Shown here in pieces: positions 27,757 to 37,840 of a stretch of DNA of 64,000 bases. Position 1 is the stretch's first letter. Each line of letters starts with the position of its first letter. The notes beneath the pieces are model-generated. The model saw only the letters and a program-made list of their open reading frames with translations, was not told where the DNA came from and did not search any database. The stretch comes from a virus: positions 31,052 through 95,051 of IMG/VR virus record IMGVR_UViG_3300025030_000061; one strand, written 5' to 3'. The position numbers were made by a program, and so were the translations under genes.

Positions 27757-29730
27757 CTATCCGATCAAAAGCCTCATCCTGGTGGCGGAGGTCTGCCCAA
27801 CCAGCACCACGTCGGCTAGGATCGTGATGGCGGTGTTGTCCACATTGAAGTCAAGACGCTCCACGGCTGCCACTCGCGGGTCCTGAACAATGGTCAGTTC
27901 TGCCTCTAGTAGCGCACGCTCGTGCCACATGGGGGTGCTGACCCGTCCTACGTAGAGCGGCAGCAGTGATCCGTACTGAGGGTGTCCCAGTGCTGCAAGT
28001 TCCCCGCGCATAGTGGTGAGCCGGTGTTGTAGCTGCATCTCCAGGTTAGTGACTCCCGACACGTAAAGGTCGTTGATGGCTGCCTCGGGTTTGCCGCTTA
28101 CACCTATAGATTCGTCGGTACCCAACAGCTGCGCGTAGAAGTCTGGGTCGTCTGCTGTGATGGCGCTCACGCCGGTTCGGGTTCCAGGTATCCTGATCTG
28201 GTCTCCTGGGAAAATTACGTTTCGGCGTGTGGCATGGGACGAAACGGTGGCTGCGGTGCTGTAGGAGTTTTGCAGCGGGGTGCTGATGGTTATGATGCCG
28301 TTCCGAGCTGCAATAATCGGTGCGTACTCGTGGGTCTCGCCCTCCTGGAGCAGCAGGATCTGACCGTGGTCGGGGTTGATGTCGGTGCATAGGTTAATGG
28401 CGTAGGCACTGGCTGGAACAGTGATCCGCCCTTTAAGCAGGGCCGGGCTGAAGGCGTCAAACCACTCCTTGGCGATGAATGGGTATTCCAGACCGTTCAG
28501 CATAGCGATCTGTTTCCATTGCGAGGCGTCGCCCAGTATCCTGCTGGCGAGCGATTCCATGGTGTCGCCGTGGTTGACAGGCTCTACCTGGGAGGCGATC
28601 AGTTGCTCGGATTCGAGAAGTTCACTAAAAATGGTGGTTTCAGGGTTATCCATGGCAACGAACGCGTCTTGCCCGACGTTCTCTGGTGTCGGGCCTGCGA
28701 CGATCTCTTTCGGGTCCGAGTCTGCGGGGAGGGTGCTAGGCCCGGACGTTGTGGTGGTGGCCGATACCCTGAACTGATCCTTGTGCAGGCTCAGCATGAG
28801 CAGCGCACGCTTGGTGCTGCGCAGGTCCTGGATGAACTCGTGCGGGAGGTCCTTAATGAAGATTACGGTATTCAAGATACTGTCGGTGGTCGCTATTGCC
28901 TCATTGACTAGGGCGAAAGGAGCATTGATGGTGTCGCTGATTCCCTGCCGGAAGCCAGCGACCGACTGTCGAATGGTCTGCATGGTGCCTCTCAGCTGAT
29001 CGACGCGGTTGCTTACGTCGTTCATGGCATTGTAGGCCCAAGTGTAACCTTTGAGCAGCTTCCCCCATATGGAGAGGTCGTCTGCTGGCACAGCGATGTT
29101 AGTTAATCCCAGATATTCGGCCAGGGCGTCTTCGTCGATCGGCGCATCGATCCGCTGCAGCACCGTCATCTGAATGTCGTACATATAGAGGAAACGGCGC
29201 TGGATATTGCGCTGGAACTCGAAGCGATCGAGCTGCACCACGAAGAAGTCGCGGTCGGTGTAGTTGTAGAAGCTGAGTCTCGGCGGGTTTTTTGGGTCGA
29301 TCTTCCCTTGAAACACCTCGTCGACCTTTTCGCCGCGCAGCGTGTAGGTGCCAAAGCGCTGATAGAAAAGCATGAAGGTCTGCTCTAATTCAATGAACAT
29401 CTCCCAGGCGTCCTTAACTTTGCTGCCGAGCGTCATGCCGTGGCCGCCCACCTGGTTGCCGAGGTAGCCAAAAGTACCCTGCATGGATATTTTGGGGAGT
29501 CCCAGGCCGATATTGTCCTGGAAAGCTCCGCCGATTGTCTGCGTGGCGTTGGCGCGGGTCGGGTAGGCGATCCGGTACATCTCGGGGTTGATCGGGAGCA
29601 CGTACTCGCTACTGGGCTGGTAGCGGTTGGCCTGGGCACCGGCGGTCTGGATGCCAGTGGTCTCAAACATAAAGGGGAGACGCTGGTCCCGTGTGCGGAC
29701 GCCAGTCTGGATGTTTTTGTTCCACTGCAT
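27757..29730 (-). CDS. fused tube-initiator / LysM / gp25-like baseplate protein
   Basis: LPINPE...ISMQGTFG N-terminus, LysM GDTMESLASRILGDASQWKQIAMLNGL, gp25-like HPQYGS...QDPRV. Confidence 0.75.
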   Translation of the reverse strand: MQWNKNIQTGVRTRDQRLPFMFETTGIQTAGAQANRYQPSSEYVLPINPEMYRIAYPTRANATQTIGGAFQDNIGLGLPKISMQGTFGYLGNQVGGHGMTLGSKVKDAWEMFIELEQTFMLFYQRFGTYTLRGEKVDEVFQGKIDPKNPPRLSFYNYTDRDFFVVQLDRFEFQRNIQRRFLYMYDIQMTVLQRIDAPIDEDALAEYLGLTNIAVPADDLSIWGKLLKGYTWAYNAMNDVSNRVDQLRGTMQTIRQSVAGFRQGISDTINAPFALVNEAIATTDSILNTVIFIKDLPHEFIQDLRSTKRALLMLSLHKDQFRVSATTTTSGPSTLPADSDPKEIVAGPTPENVGQDAFVAMDNPETTIFSELLESEQLIASQVEPVNHGDTMESLASRILGDASQWKQIAMLNGLEYPFIAKEWFDAFSPALLKGRITVPASAYAINLCTDINPDHGQILLLQEGETHEYAPIIAARNGIITISTPLQNSYSTAATVSSHATRRNVIFPGDQIRIPGTRTGVSAITADDPDFYAQLLGTDESIGVSGKPEAAINDLYVSGVTNLEMQLQHRLTTMRGELAALGHPQYGSLLPLYVGRVSTPMWHERALLEAELTIVQDPRVAAVERLDFNVDNTAITILADVVLVGQTSATRMRLLIG

Positions 29731-29741
29731 AAGGACTCCTG

Positions 29742-29966
29742 CTATTTAACCGTGCCGGTGATAATGCCGTCACCAGCCGTGCCGCTGTCAGTAGTGATGG
29801 GGACAAGCTCAGAGTTAGCCACGATCTCTTCGCATATGGCCTCAAACAGAGACAGCATGATGGCGTCGGATTGCGCGATAGCGGCCTCGGAGTCGCTTCC
29901 CTGACTGGTCAGCGCTGCAATCTTGTCGAAGTACCGCTCTTTCATCCCTACTGCTGAAATCGCCAT
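29742..29966 (-). CDS. small baseplate/spike-associated protein
   Basis: 74 aa ending in GIITGTVK, directly after the spike gene. Confidence 0.55.
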   Translation of the reverse strand: MAISAVGMKERYFDKIAALTSQGSDSEAAIAQSDAIMLSLFEAICEEIVANSELVPITTDSGTAGDGIITGTVK

Positions 29967-30646
29967 TATTTGCTCGCTTTCACGGTTGCGGATCCGTGGA
30001 TGTGTGACGCCCTGAGAAGCGGGCATATAGAATCAAGTTGGACGCATCCCTTGGGCGCGCCGCTGCCGCCGTCGAGCTCGATGGTCCCTTCGCTGGTCCA
30101 GACGGTCTTCCCCAGCACATGCACCGTGCATTTGCCGTCGACTACGTCGATGCTGTAGTCGCCGGTCTTGATGGTCAGGGTGTCGTGGGCCTCGATCACG
30201 GTGATCCGGTTGCCATCCTTGTCGACCGCAATGTCCGCTTTGTTGCAGCGGAAGTGGTAGCGGCGCTTGTCCTGGGGTGCGTCGGCAGTAGCGGCCTGGA
30301 CGGCGTCGTCCCCTTCCTGTGGCAGGTGGAGGTGCTTTATAATCACTGGTTCGGACCAACTACCGTTGACAAACGCCACCAGTACCAAGTCGCCCAGTTC
30401 AGGGGACCACTCCTCCCCGTTTCCCTGGTGGAACTTTTCCGCGCTCATGGGCACGTTGTTGATGTTTGGGTAGCCTCCCCAAAGGATCAAGTCGACCAGT
30501 GTTTGTCCGGTCTGATTCTCTGTATCGTCGCGCCATTTGATGCCGACGATAGTCCCCTTCAAAATCCGGTCAATCTGTCGTGTCTCGCGGACTGCCGGAT
30601 GCTCTCGCAGCGACTCCTGCAGTCTGGCGCCTGTCTCGTCGATCAT
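29966..30646 (-). CDS. central baseplate spike (gpV/gp5-like)
   Basis: OB-fold PELGDLVLVAFVNG..P, beta-rich body and metal-binding tip CPLLRASHIHGS. Confidence 0.75.
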   Translation of the reverse strand: MIDETGARLQESLREHPAVRETRQIDRILKGTIVGIKWRDDTENQTGQTLVDLILWGGYPNINNVPMSAEKFHQGNGEEWSPELGDLVLVAFVNGSWSEPVIIKHLHLPQEGDDAVQAATADAPQDKRRYHFRCNKADIAVDKDGNRITVIEAHDTLTIKTGDYSIDVVDGKCTVHVLGKTVWTSEGTIELDGGSGAPKGCVQLDSICPLLRASHIHGSATVKASK

Positions 30647-31938
30647 CGCTTTTGCCCTCTGGTGACTTGCAGGGAGGTTATGAACTGGGGGGTGCCTGCA
30701 AATGTGCATTGATGAGTCACTTGCTCGATCAGATACTCCATAGCGGCGCCGGAGCGTTGTTTCACGAGTAGACCGTGGCCGGCCCGTATCTGAGGCGACA
30801 GGTGGACGGTGTAGGTGCCCGATTCAAGTTCGTGGTTTCTGCGGTACCATTCCCAGAACATCTTAGCTTTGGGGATGGCGAGCGCCGCGACCTTCTGTTC
30901 GGCGTTTTTGTCCAGGCCCGTCTTCACGTCCGGAGTGTTGAAGTCGTCCTGAATGATTTTGACGCAGTATCCGTGCTGGCGGATACTGTCCTGATCGAAC
31001 TGCGTCAGGTCCGGATTGGCCATAACGATGTCGACCTGACCGGATACCGCGAGCTGGTAGATCGTGGGCCAGTAACAGAGTAAGTTGATGCGCTCGGCAT
31101 CACAAACTCCGACGTCCTCCATCACGATGTCTACGTCCTGTATGGTGTGTTCGATGGCAGTGGCGAGCTTGCCGTCGTTGCCGATCGGGGTTGGTTCCAG
31201 GCGGACCTCGAAGCTGTTGGGGCCAGTGGTCTCCGTGGTGAGGGTGTTGACTGGGTCGTGCTCGGCGCGTTTCATCGCGTCCCAGGCGGTCGTGTCCCGG
31301 ATGAACGCCATGGAGTCGTCCCAGAGGATCCAATCATCGGCCGATTGGTCGTTGAACCTTATGGTCGGCGATATCTTGGACATATCGTCCAGCGCCATAG
31401 TGAGCAGCACCTCGCAGAGGTCAGGCGGGGTCTTCACCTGGAGCGGAACGCGGCGCATGTAGGAGTTCATGATGCGCGTGACAGGGCTCTCGCCCTGCCC
31501 TGGTATCTGCACTTGGGCGCCGGCTATGTCCCAACCGATACGGTGGCGCTGCAGGAGTTTGCCAAGGTCCTGGCCGCTCAGCTTGACGCTGCGCTGTGGT
31601 ATGCCGTCGACCGCGGTAAAGGATCGCGCCGGTCGGTCGACCAGTCCCAGCATGGCCATCTGCATACCGTTGCCGTCTCCTGCGTCCAGCTCAATGCTGA
31701 CAATGTCGTCCGGGATGATCGCGTTGGCATAGGTTTGGCCGTTGGGCATGATGCGGTAGGCGAGCACGATCTGAAATGTTCCGGCGGCACGTCCGTATGC
31801 CTTTGCTGTGGTCAGCGTCAACACGTCATCGGTGATGTCGCCGTCCAGGCGTGGGCCTATCGGTCGGGCCTTTCCGGTGGCGAGGTCTCTGACGGTCACT
31901 CGGCAACGTGGGGAATATGTGCTTAGAAATTGGTCCAT
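30643..31938 (-). CDS. baseplate hub / tail protein
   Basis: AAGTFQIVL, LSGQDLGKLL, YLIEQVTH...TSLQVTRG, located between tape measure and spike. Confidence 0.75.
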   Translation of the reverse strand: MDQFLSTYSPRCRVTVRDLATGKARPIGPRLDGDITDDVLTLTTAKAYGRAAGTFQIVLAYRIMPNGQTYANAIIPDDIVSIELDAGDGNGMQMAMLGLVDRPARSFTAVDGIPQRSVKLSGQDLGKLLQRHRIGWDIAGAQVQIPGQGESPVTRIMNSYMRRVPLQVKTPPDLCEVLLTMALDDMSKISPTIRFNDQSADDWILWDDSMAFIRDTTAWDAMKRAEHDPVNTLTTETTGPNSFEVRLEPTPIGNDGKLATAIEHTIQDVDIVMEDVGVCDAERINLLCYWPTIYQLAVSGQVDIVMANPDLTQFDQDSIRQHGYCVKIIQDDFNTPDVKTGLDKNAEQKVAALAIPKAKMFWEWYRRNHELESGTYTVHLSPQIRAGHGLLVKQRSGAAMEYLIEQVTHQCTFAGTPQFITSLQVTRGQKR

Positions 31939-31945
31939 GGGGTTT

Positions 31946-31986
31946 ATCCTAGCACGGTGATGTAGCGTATATCAAAATCTTTGCCC
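31946..31986 (-). promoter_or_regulatory. class B promoter TTGATA-N18-TAGGAT, probably leaderless
   Basis: ggggcaaagatt TTGATA tacgctacatcaccgtgc TAGGAT aaacccc ATG. Confidence 0.65.
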
Positions 31987-31993
31987 CGGTTGG

Positions 31994-33874
31994 TTACCTG
32001 CTCGAGACCGGTCTTGCGGCTGGCGCGGTCCCACGCCAGTTGGGGTCGTTGTTAGCCTTGTGCAGCGCGTCTACGATAGGCAAGGTGATCTTTTGAAAAA
32101 TGAGGTCCCCGAGCGCACCGAACGGACTTTTGCCATCGGCTGCGGCTTCGGTAACGAATTTCTTGCCCCAGGATATTGTGCCAGGAATACCCTCCAGGCT
32201 CTGCAGGGCCTCTTTGCCGGTGTTAAGTATTCCCTTGCCAGCCCTCTTTGCTGTCGCCTTGGTGGGGTTTTCTATGTAGTCAATCAACGTATTCACGGTG
32301 CCGCCGAGGTTTTCAAAGGCCTTGACCAGGTGGTCCACCGCCTTGGAATCGGCCAGCTTGTCTATCACGCGCAGGCCGACGCGTTCCAGCTTGTTGAACA
32401 TGGCGTTGAGCTTTTCGCCGGCCTTGATCTGCTCGGCCTCGACCTGGGCAGCCAAGGTCATCTTGCCGGCGCCCGGGAGGCTGTTGAATTCTTTCTCGAG
32501 ATCAGCGGCTAGGCGGCGCTCGCCCCTGGACCCGCCCTTGAGTCCCTGCATGTTCTTGCCACTGGCCGCGGCGTCTCTAAAAAGCGGACTGTCGGCGATA
32601 TCGATCAGCGAGGTGGCGCCCTTGGTGGAGAGCTTCCAGTCGGGAAACATCTTCATGAGTTGCGCGGCTTGGTCTTCCCGGCTGCCGCTTAGGTTCCCAA
32701 GGATGCCCTTGAGCGCCTGAGGGTTCTGCAGGAAACCTCCCTCCTTCATCTGCTCCATCTCGAACATTTTACGCCAGGACATCTGGCCGTTGAAGCCCCC
32801 CAACTCCTTCCAGAGCATGATCTCGCCCGGGGCCGAACCAGCGCCGCGGAGTCCGTTTTGCGCAACATTGGCGAACTCGGTACTCTTAGCGTACTGTTTG
32901 TAGGTCGCGTCGTCTTTGAGTCCCATGACTGCAGCAGCCATTGCGGCAGCTGTGAGCGCCTGGCTGTTACTGGCTCCGGCGCCGTGCATGGACTGGGCTG
33001 TGAGGTTGGTGTTCCTTGCGACCATGCTCAGCAGTTCGGACATACGGGCCTTGTCCATCCCCTTTTTGACTGATTCGGCCATCAGCATCAGTGCGGGGCT
33101 CGCCAGACCTGCGTTACCGGTTGCGCCGTACATGGTACCGTACATGGTACCGACCGAATTGGGGTCCACTCCGTTGGCACGTCCGAAAGCGGCCGATAAA
33201 CGCGATGCGCCGCGGGCTCGACTCCCTCCCATGCCTGCCGACTGGCTGATGTTTTCCATCAGCGCCATGTATTCGAGCGGTCCCATGCCAAGGCCTACGC
33301 CGGCGCCGTAGCCTCCACTGATACCCCTTGCGTTCAGTGTCGCCTCGTGACCTACCGACTGCTGATACCTGGAGCGGGACTGTCCCAGAAAGGCGAGGAT
33401 CGAGAAGCCGCCGGCTGCAGCGAGCCCCCACTTGAGCGCCTTTTTGATGGCATCGGTATTGCTGTGGTCACTGGCGCCGTCGCCGCTCCCCCCTCCTCCG
33501 TCTCCCCCTGGGCGTCTGGGCCTGCGCGGAGGTCCCCCTTCGTTGGCGCGTTTCTCTCTTGCCTCCCTGCGCTCGGTGAGGTCCATGATCTCTTCAAGCG
33601 CCTCGCGCTGCTTGTGCAGTTCTTTGAGACGCTCCTGTGCCACTGTGGAAAAGAAGCCGTTGGAACTCCTGGTGATGTCCTCCAGCCTCTGCTGTCCATC
33701 TAAGAGCACGTCCATGGCCTGCGCCGCTTCGGCGAAGGTTTTGACACCGGTCATTGTTATATCGATCTGCCCCAACTCCTCCAATTTCGAAAGTTCACTT
33801 TCGAACGTTTGGACGTCGAGGATCCCTTTCCGGACTGGCGCGGTATCGACTTTTATCGGGATATGCAGGCCCAT
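31994..33874 (-). CDS. tape measure protein
   Basis: Ala/Gly/Met-rich helical 626-aa protein between tail chaperones and hub. Confidence 0.7.
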   Translation of the reverse strand: MGLHIPIKVDTAPVRKGILDVQTFESELSKLEELGQIDITMTGVKTFAEAAQAMDVLLDGQQRLEDITRSSNGFFSTVAQERLKELHKQREALEEIMDLTERREAREKRANEGGPPRRPRRPGGDGGGGSGDGASDHSNTDAIKKALKWGLAAAGGFSILAFLGQSRSRYQQSVGHEATLNARGISGGYGAGVGLGMGPLEYMALMENISQSAGMGGSRARGASRLSAAFGRANGVDPNSVGTMYGTMYGATGNAGLASPALMLMAESVKKGMDKARMSELLSMVARNTNLTAQSMHGAGASNSQALTAAAMAAAVMGLKDDATYKQYAKSTEFANVAQNGLRGAGSAPGEIMLWKELGGFNGQMSWRKMFEMEQMKEGGFLQNPQALKGILGNLSGSREDQAAQLMKMFPDWKLSTKGATSLIDIADSPLFRDAAASGKNMQGLKGGSRGERRLAADLEKEFNSLPGAGKMTLAAQVEAEQIKAGEKLNAMFNKLERVGLRVIDKLADSKAVDHLVKAFENLGGTVNTLIDYIENPTKATAKRAGKGILNTGKEALQSLEGIPGTISWGKKFVTEAAADGKSPFGALGDLIFQKITLPIVDALHKANNDPNWRGTAPAARPVSSR

Positions 33875-33920
33875 GGCGACTCCTTTACTTGAGAAGGGAG
33901 GGTCTCCCCTCCCTTCTAAT

Positions 33921-34262
33921 TCACGATTCTGCTTCGAGTGTTGGCTCTACCGATGCCCATGAGCCGGAGCGCAGCAGCGTTTCCAGATCACCCACGTCCT
34001 CGCCCGCCTCCATCCTGGCGAAGGCATCGTCGATAACTGGGTCTCCGGTCAGCTGCATTGGCTTGCCGTCGATGGTGCAGTGCGGGCACTCGGTCCGGTG
34101 GGTCTGGTATCCGCATTGGAAGCATTTTTTGAGCTCGCCGCCTTTCAGCGCCAGGTCAAGTTCGTATTCCAGCGCGAATTCTTCATCGGTCATGAGTAGG
34201 AAACGCGGGTCATGGCGCGGGAGATTATATTTCTCACGGTACCATGTTTTCAGACTGTTCAT
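33921..34262 (-). CDS. tail assembly chaperone, downstream (frameshift) part
   Basis: WYREKYNLPRHDPRFLLMTDEE motif typical of K/A511-like tail chaperones. Confidence 0.7.
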   Translation of the reverse strand: MNSLKTWYREKYNLPRHDPRFLLMTDEEFALEYELDLALKGGELKKCFQCGYQTHRTECPHCTIDGKPMQLTGDPVIDDAFARMEAGEDVGDLETLLRSGSWASVEPTLEAES

Positions 34263-34647
34263 CTCCTGCTGCGCCTGCAGTGCTACCGTTCTTGGGTCGA
34301 AAGGTCCTGAGGAAGGTCTGGACCTCCGACCAGACCTCGGCGAGCGCTAGTTCATCCTCGTCGTGCAGCTTGGTCGCGTCGAACCACGCCGGTGGCTCCT
34401 CCTTGGACACGGTGCATATGAAGGCGAAAATTTTGGCCAGCATCTGCACGCTGGGAGCGATCATGTTCGGGTTAGATGCGCCATAGGCAGACAAGGCGGC
34501 AGCTTGCTTGCTGGCGATGGCGATCTTGTCCTGCAGGTTGGGCCGGCGGATGGCGAAGGTGCCGCGGTACTTCTCGCCGAACGGTTCGCCTGTCTCCTCA
34601 TTGATATTGCTCTCGATGCTGAAGATGGTCTCGTTTACGAAAGCCAT
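34234..34647 (-). CDS. tail assembly chaperone
   Basis: YRGTFAIRRPNL...PAWF...FLRTFR, directly after the tube gene. Confidence 0.75.
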   Translation of the reverse strand: MAFVNETIFSIESNINEETGEPFGEKYRGTFAIRRPNLQDKIAIASKQAAALSAYGASNPNMIAPSVQMLAKIFAFICTVSKEEPPAWFDATKLHDEDELALAEVWSEVQTFLRTFRPKNGSTAGAAGDEQSENMVP

Positions 34648-34682
34648 TAGGGGTCTCCTGTGTTTTTTATTTTTGGTGCTGC

Positions 34683-34716
34683 ACGGCAGAGAGGTGCTCC
34701 TCCCCCCTCTGCCGTG
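34683..34716 (-). terminator. hairpin downstream of tail tube gene
   Basis: CACGGCAGAG...CTCTGCCGTG inverted repeat. Confidence 0.45.
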
Positions 34717-34725
34717 GTGGGTGGA

Positions 34726-35127
34726 TTACTGCGCTTTGTGGAGGGATCTAATCTGGAAATCCTCCCCGCAGACTGAATGCTTGCCGTACTGCCTGCTGTG
34801 TGATCCGAATTTGCAGCCAGTGTAAAGTTCGACGGTGGCTCCGGATATGCAGTCGATGATCTCGACCTCGAAGTCGGGGGCAGTGAGCCATTCATCGGAC
34901 TTGGGGATCATGCCCAGCTGGATCAGGTTCTTGTTGGAGACGAAATATTTGGAACCGGAGATGGTGTGGGTTCTTTTCCCGGGAATCAGTTCCAGCGATT
35001 CGGCGTTGCCGAGCCCGTCCACATCCTGGAGGCCGAAGTCGTCGCTGCAGGTGACGTTCTGTGCCGCGCCTACGACGATTCCGCGCATTTTAAAGAGGGC
35101 CCTGTTGCCCGTCATGGTGTTTTTCAT
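34726..35127 (-). CDS. tail tube protein
   Basis: MTGNRALFK...VGAAQNV...LG...E...G...YTGCKF, directly after the sheath gene. Confidence 0.8.
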   Translation of the reverse strand: MKNTMTGNRALFKMRGIVVGAAQNVTCSDDFGLQDVDGLGNAESLELIPGKRTHTISGSKYFVSNKNLIQLGMIPKSDEWLTAPDFEVEIIDCISGATVELYTGCKFGSHSRQYGKHSVCGEDFQIRSLHKAQ

Positions 35128-35188
35128 GCTGCACGCTCCTTTCTGCTATGAGTGTGGCCCCTCCGGAGAGGGGCACAGGTAAGTGGTG

Positions 35189-36931
35189 TTACAGGCCGAT
35201 GCTGAACGTGGTCGGCTGCAGGAACAGGGTCGAGAAAATCCAGTTGATCGGCAGGACCGGTTCGGCGCTGTAATCCACGTAGCGGATGGTGCCGTCGACG
35301 CGCAGGCTGGTTTTTTTCGGGTCGTAGTTGCGGATGTAGCCTGCCAACTTTGCAGCTTCGAGGACTGCGTTGGTGACGTTGACGATGGTGCTGTCGATCT
35401 GCTCGATGCCGCCCTGGCCTATCAGCAGGTCGTGGCGTTTGCGCACCTCGCGTGCGATGTAGTCGGCACCGCGGCCTACAGAGAACTCGATGCGGTACAG
35501 GTCGTCGCTCTGCCCCCAGGTGGTGATCTGCCGGCTCACCACGAATCCGGCGCCCTGGACCATGTCGGGGATCGGCACGGCGACGCCAGCTGCGGTGTCC
35601 AAGAAGTCCTCGATCTCTGAGACCCGTAGCTCGTCCTCCAGGCCGAGGCAGCGCAGGTATTTCCGGGTCAGGGGCAGCACCGGGGAGCCGCCGGCGGCGA
35701 TGCCGGCATACATGGCGGCCGTGATGTAGGCCGGGTAAAGCTTGGCCGTGCCGTTCGGGTCGTAGTGGTAGCTTCCCAGGCCCACGTGCATAGTGCGGTC
35801 GGAGTTGAGTGCCTTAGCTGCGGCCTTGAGTGCCGCGACCGAGGCCGCCCGGTTCACCTCGCTGTTCCAGGACTGCAGCGCGCCTCCCACGAACTGGCGC
35901 CGCTCGGATTTCCCGTTGGGGCCGCTCATATAGTCGCAGTGGGTGTCGCCCATGGCGTGCAGGGATGTGTCGGAGGTCACCGGGAGGACCAGCTGAATGT
36001 CTACGGTTTTGAGCAGGTCGAACGCCGTCTGCCAGGTGTTGTTGGTAGTGACGCCGTTGCTGCCGCCAGCAAGGTAGGCCCAATCCGCATTGGCGGGGGC
36101 CGCGCCGGCGTCGGCTATGCGCTCGGCCATCACGTAGCCGGAGAACTTGGTGATGCGATCGACCATCGCCTGCAGGTCGCTCTTGGCTGTGTAGACTCCC
36201 GTCTTAATGTCGACGGCAGCAGCACTGTCCATCTGCATGGTGGAGTCGCCCGGGGAAGGAGTCAGCACGACGGCGGTGTACTTGCCAGTGGAGTTGATGG
36301 CGTCGACCAGGGCCTGAATGGTGGTGTAGACGTTGAGGTCCAGCGCTAGGTTGTCGGCCGGGACTGCCGTGCATGCCGTGCTCAGCAGATGGGTGGCGGC
36401 AGCTATGTTGATAGTCATGACCGCCGCGACCGCCGCGCCGGTGTACTGGATGCTGAAGGAGGACTTGGTCAGGTTATCGAATGCCTCGGTCTGGTCCTGG
36501 TACACGATGGTTAACTTTTTACCTGTGGTACCAGCCTCCACCTTGGTTTTGACCTGGTTGGCGGGCAGGCCGAACATGTGGCTGGTGAGTTTCAGCGCCG
36601 CGCTCAGCGTGATGCTCGACGCCACTGCTGGGTTGGTGGGGACCAGGTAGACCTCGCTCGCTCCCGGGATCTCGCTGCCGGGGGAGGGGTCGAAGGCCAG
36701 CTGTGCGGCCAGGCGGACCTCCTCGCAGCTCGGGTGCAGCAGGGCTTGGGCCAGCGACGGGTTGTTGATCTTGGTTGCCTTCCCCGGAGGGATCAGGCCG
36801 ATCATGTCGCCCATGATAACCAGTTTGTTGGCGCCACCGAGCGGGCTGCGCGCCAGGGCCGACGAGTCGATTCTCGATGCGGCCTGCGGGATCGAATAGT
36901 ATTTACCGTTCCACAATGTTCCTTTTCCCAT
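35189..36931 (-). CDS. contractile tail sheath protein
   Basis: 580 aa with YLAGGSNG, ERRQFVGG, AMYAG, LTRKYL and C-terminal PVLPINWI. Confidence 0.9.
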   Translation of the reverse strand: MGKGTLWNGKYYSIPQAASRIDSSALARSPLGGANKLVIMGDMIGLIPPGKATKINNPSLAQALLHPSCEEVRLAAQLAFDPSPGSEIPGASEVYLVPTNPAVASSITLSAALKLTSHMFGLPANQVKTKVEAGTTGKKLTIVYQDQTEAFDNLTKSSFSIQYTGAAVAAVMTINIAAATHLLSTACTAVPADNLALDLNVYTTIQALVDAINSTGKYTAVVLTPSPGDSTMQMDSAAAVDIKTGVYTAKSDLQAMVDRITKFSGYVMAERIADAGAAPANADWAYLAGGSNGVTTNNTWQTAFDLLKTVDIQLVLPVTSDTSLHAMGDTHCDYMSGPNGKSERRQFVGGALQSWNSEVNRAASVAALKAAAKALNSDRTMHVGLGSYHYDPNGTAKLYPAYITAAMYAGIAAGGSPVLPLTRKYLRCLGLEDELRVSEIEDFLDTAAGVAVPIPDMVQGAGFVVSRQITTWGQSDDLYRIEFSVGRGADYIAREVRKRHDLLIGQGGIEQIDSTIVNVTNAVLEAAKLAGYIRNYDPKKTSLRVDGTIRYVDYSAEPVLPINWIFSTLFLQPTTFSIGL

Positions 36932-36934
36932 CGG

Positions 36935-37183
36935 TTACTCCCCCTCGTTGTTTTTGGTGGCCGACCAGGACTCCCAGGACGTGCCGATCGGCTTGTTGCG
37001 GAACAGGTCGTAAAGCGTTGCCCATTCGCCCTTTGACTTTCTCCCAGTTTCGCCGGCGCTATTCATCTGTGACAGGAAGGCGCGTTTCATCTCGGCCTGG
37101 GAGTTCTTTATTCCCGAGACGAATTCCGCCGCCGTGATTGGGAATTCGCCAGGGGCCTCTGTGGCTGCGGCATTTTTGGGCAT
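36935..37183 (-). CDS. small tail-associated protein
   Basis: GAGGAG RBS, located between tail terminator and sheath. Confidence 0.55.
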   Translation of the reverse strand: MPKNAAATEAPGEFPITAAEFVSGIKNSQAEMKRAFLSQMNSAGETGRKSKGEWATLYDLFRNKPIGTSWESWSATKNNEGE

Positions 37184-37198
37184 TTCCGTTCTCCTCAT

Positions 37199-37840
37199 TT
37201 AAAGTGCCAGGTTGGTACCTGTTGTGTAGTCGTATACTGGTACCCGGACCTTCCAGGTGTTCTCAGTGACGCCGGTGATTTTGATGGCGCGGTTGAATAC
37301 CTCCATCGGGAGTTGCTGCTGGTCGGGCCTAAGGTCGGCCATGGCGATGTCGATTTCGTTCATGCCCTTTTGGGCCAGCTCCAGCATGCCCAGGCAGATG
37401 AAATACTGGCAGCAGCGCGAGAGCCAGATCGTCTCGTCCTTGGTGGCGGCGATGATGTTGATTAGCCAATGGCTCTTGCCGTAGTATCCCTTAACGATGT
37501 CGTGGGCAATCAAGTTGTCGTCACCGTCTAACACCGGGATGCTCTCCCCTGTCGAGTCGCCCATGTAGCGGTCCGAGTTGTCCTCTCCGAGGTTCACGGT
37601 GATCTGAGGGAACATCATGTCGGCCCGCGGGAAACTCCCCACGATATAGACTTGGCCTTCTTCGTGATCTCGCAGGTCGGCGTTGTAGCGCTTGCGCGTG
37701 ATGTAGTGTGCCACTTGGGCCAGGTCCGCCTCGTCGAAGTCATCGAAGATGTCGAGCAGCGGGCTTGGGTCCGCTTTCAGACCGTTGAATCCGGCCAAGA
37801 ACATCTTGATCAGAATCTTGTCTATGTTGGGAAAGCCCAT
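37199..37840 (-). CDS. tail terminator / completion protein
   Basis: FPR...FPQITVNLGED. Position upstream of the sheath. Confidence 0.6.
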   Translation of the reverse strand: MGFPNIDKILIKMFLAGFNGLKADPSPLLDIFDDFDEADLAQVAHYITRKRYNADLRDHEEGQVYIVGSFPRADMMFPQITVNLGEDNSDRYMGDSTGESIPVLDGDDNLIAHDIVKGYYGKSHWLINIIAATKDETIWLSRCCQYFICLGMLELAQKGMNEIDIAMADLRPDQQQLPMEVFNRAIKITGVTENTWKVRVPVYDYTTGTNLAL

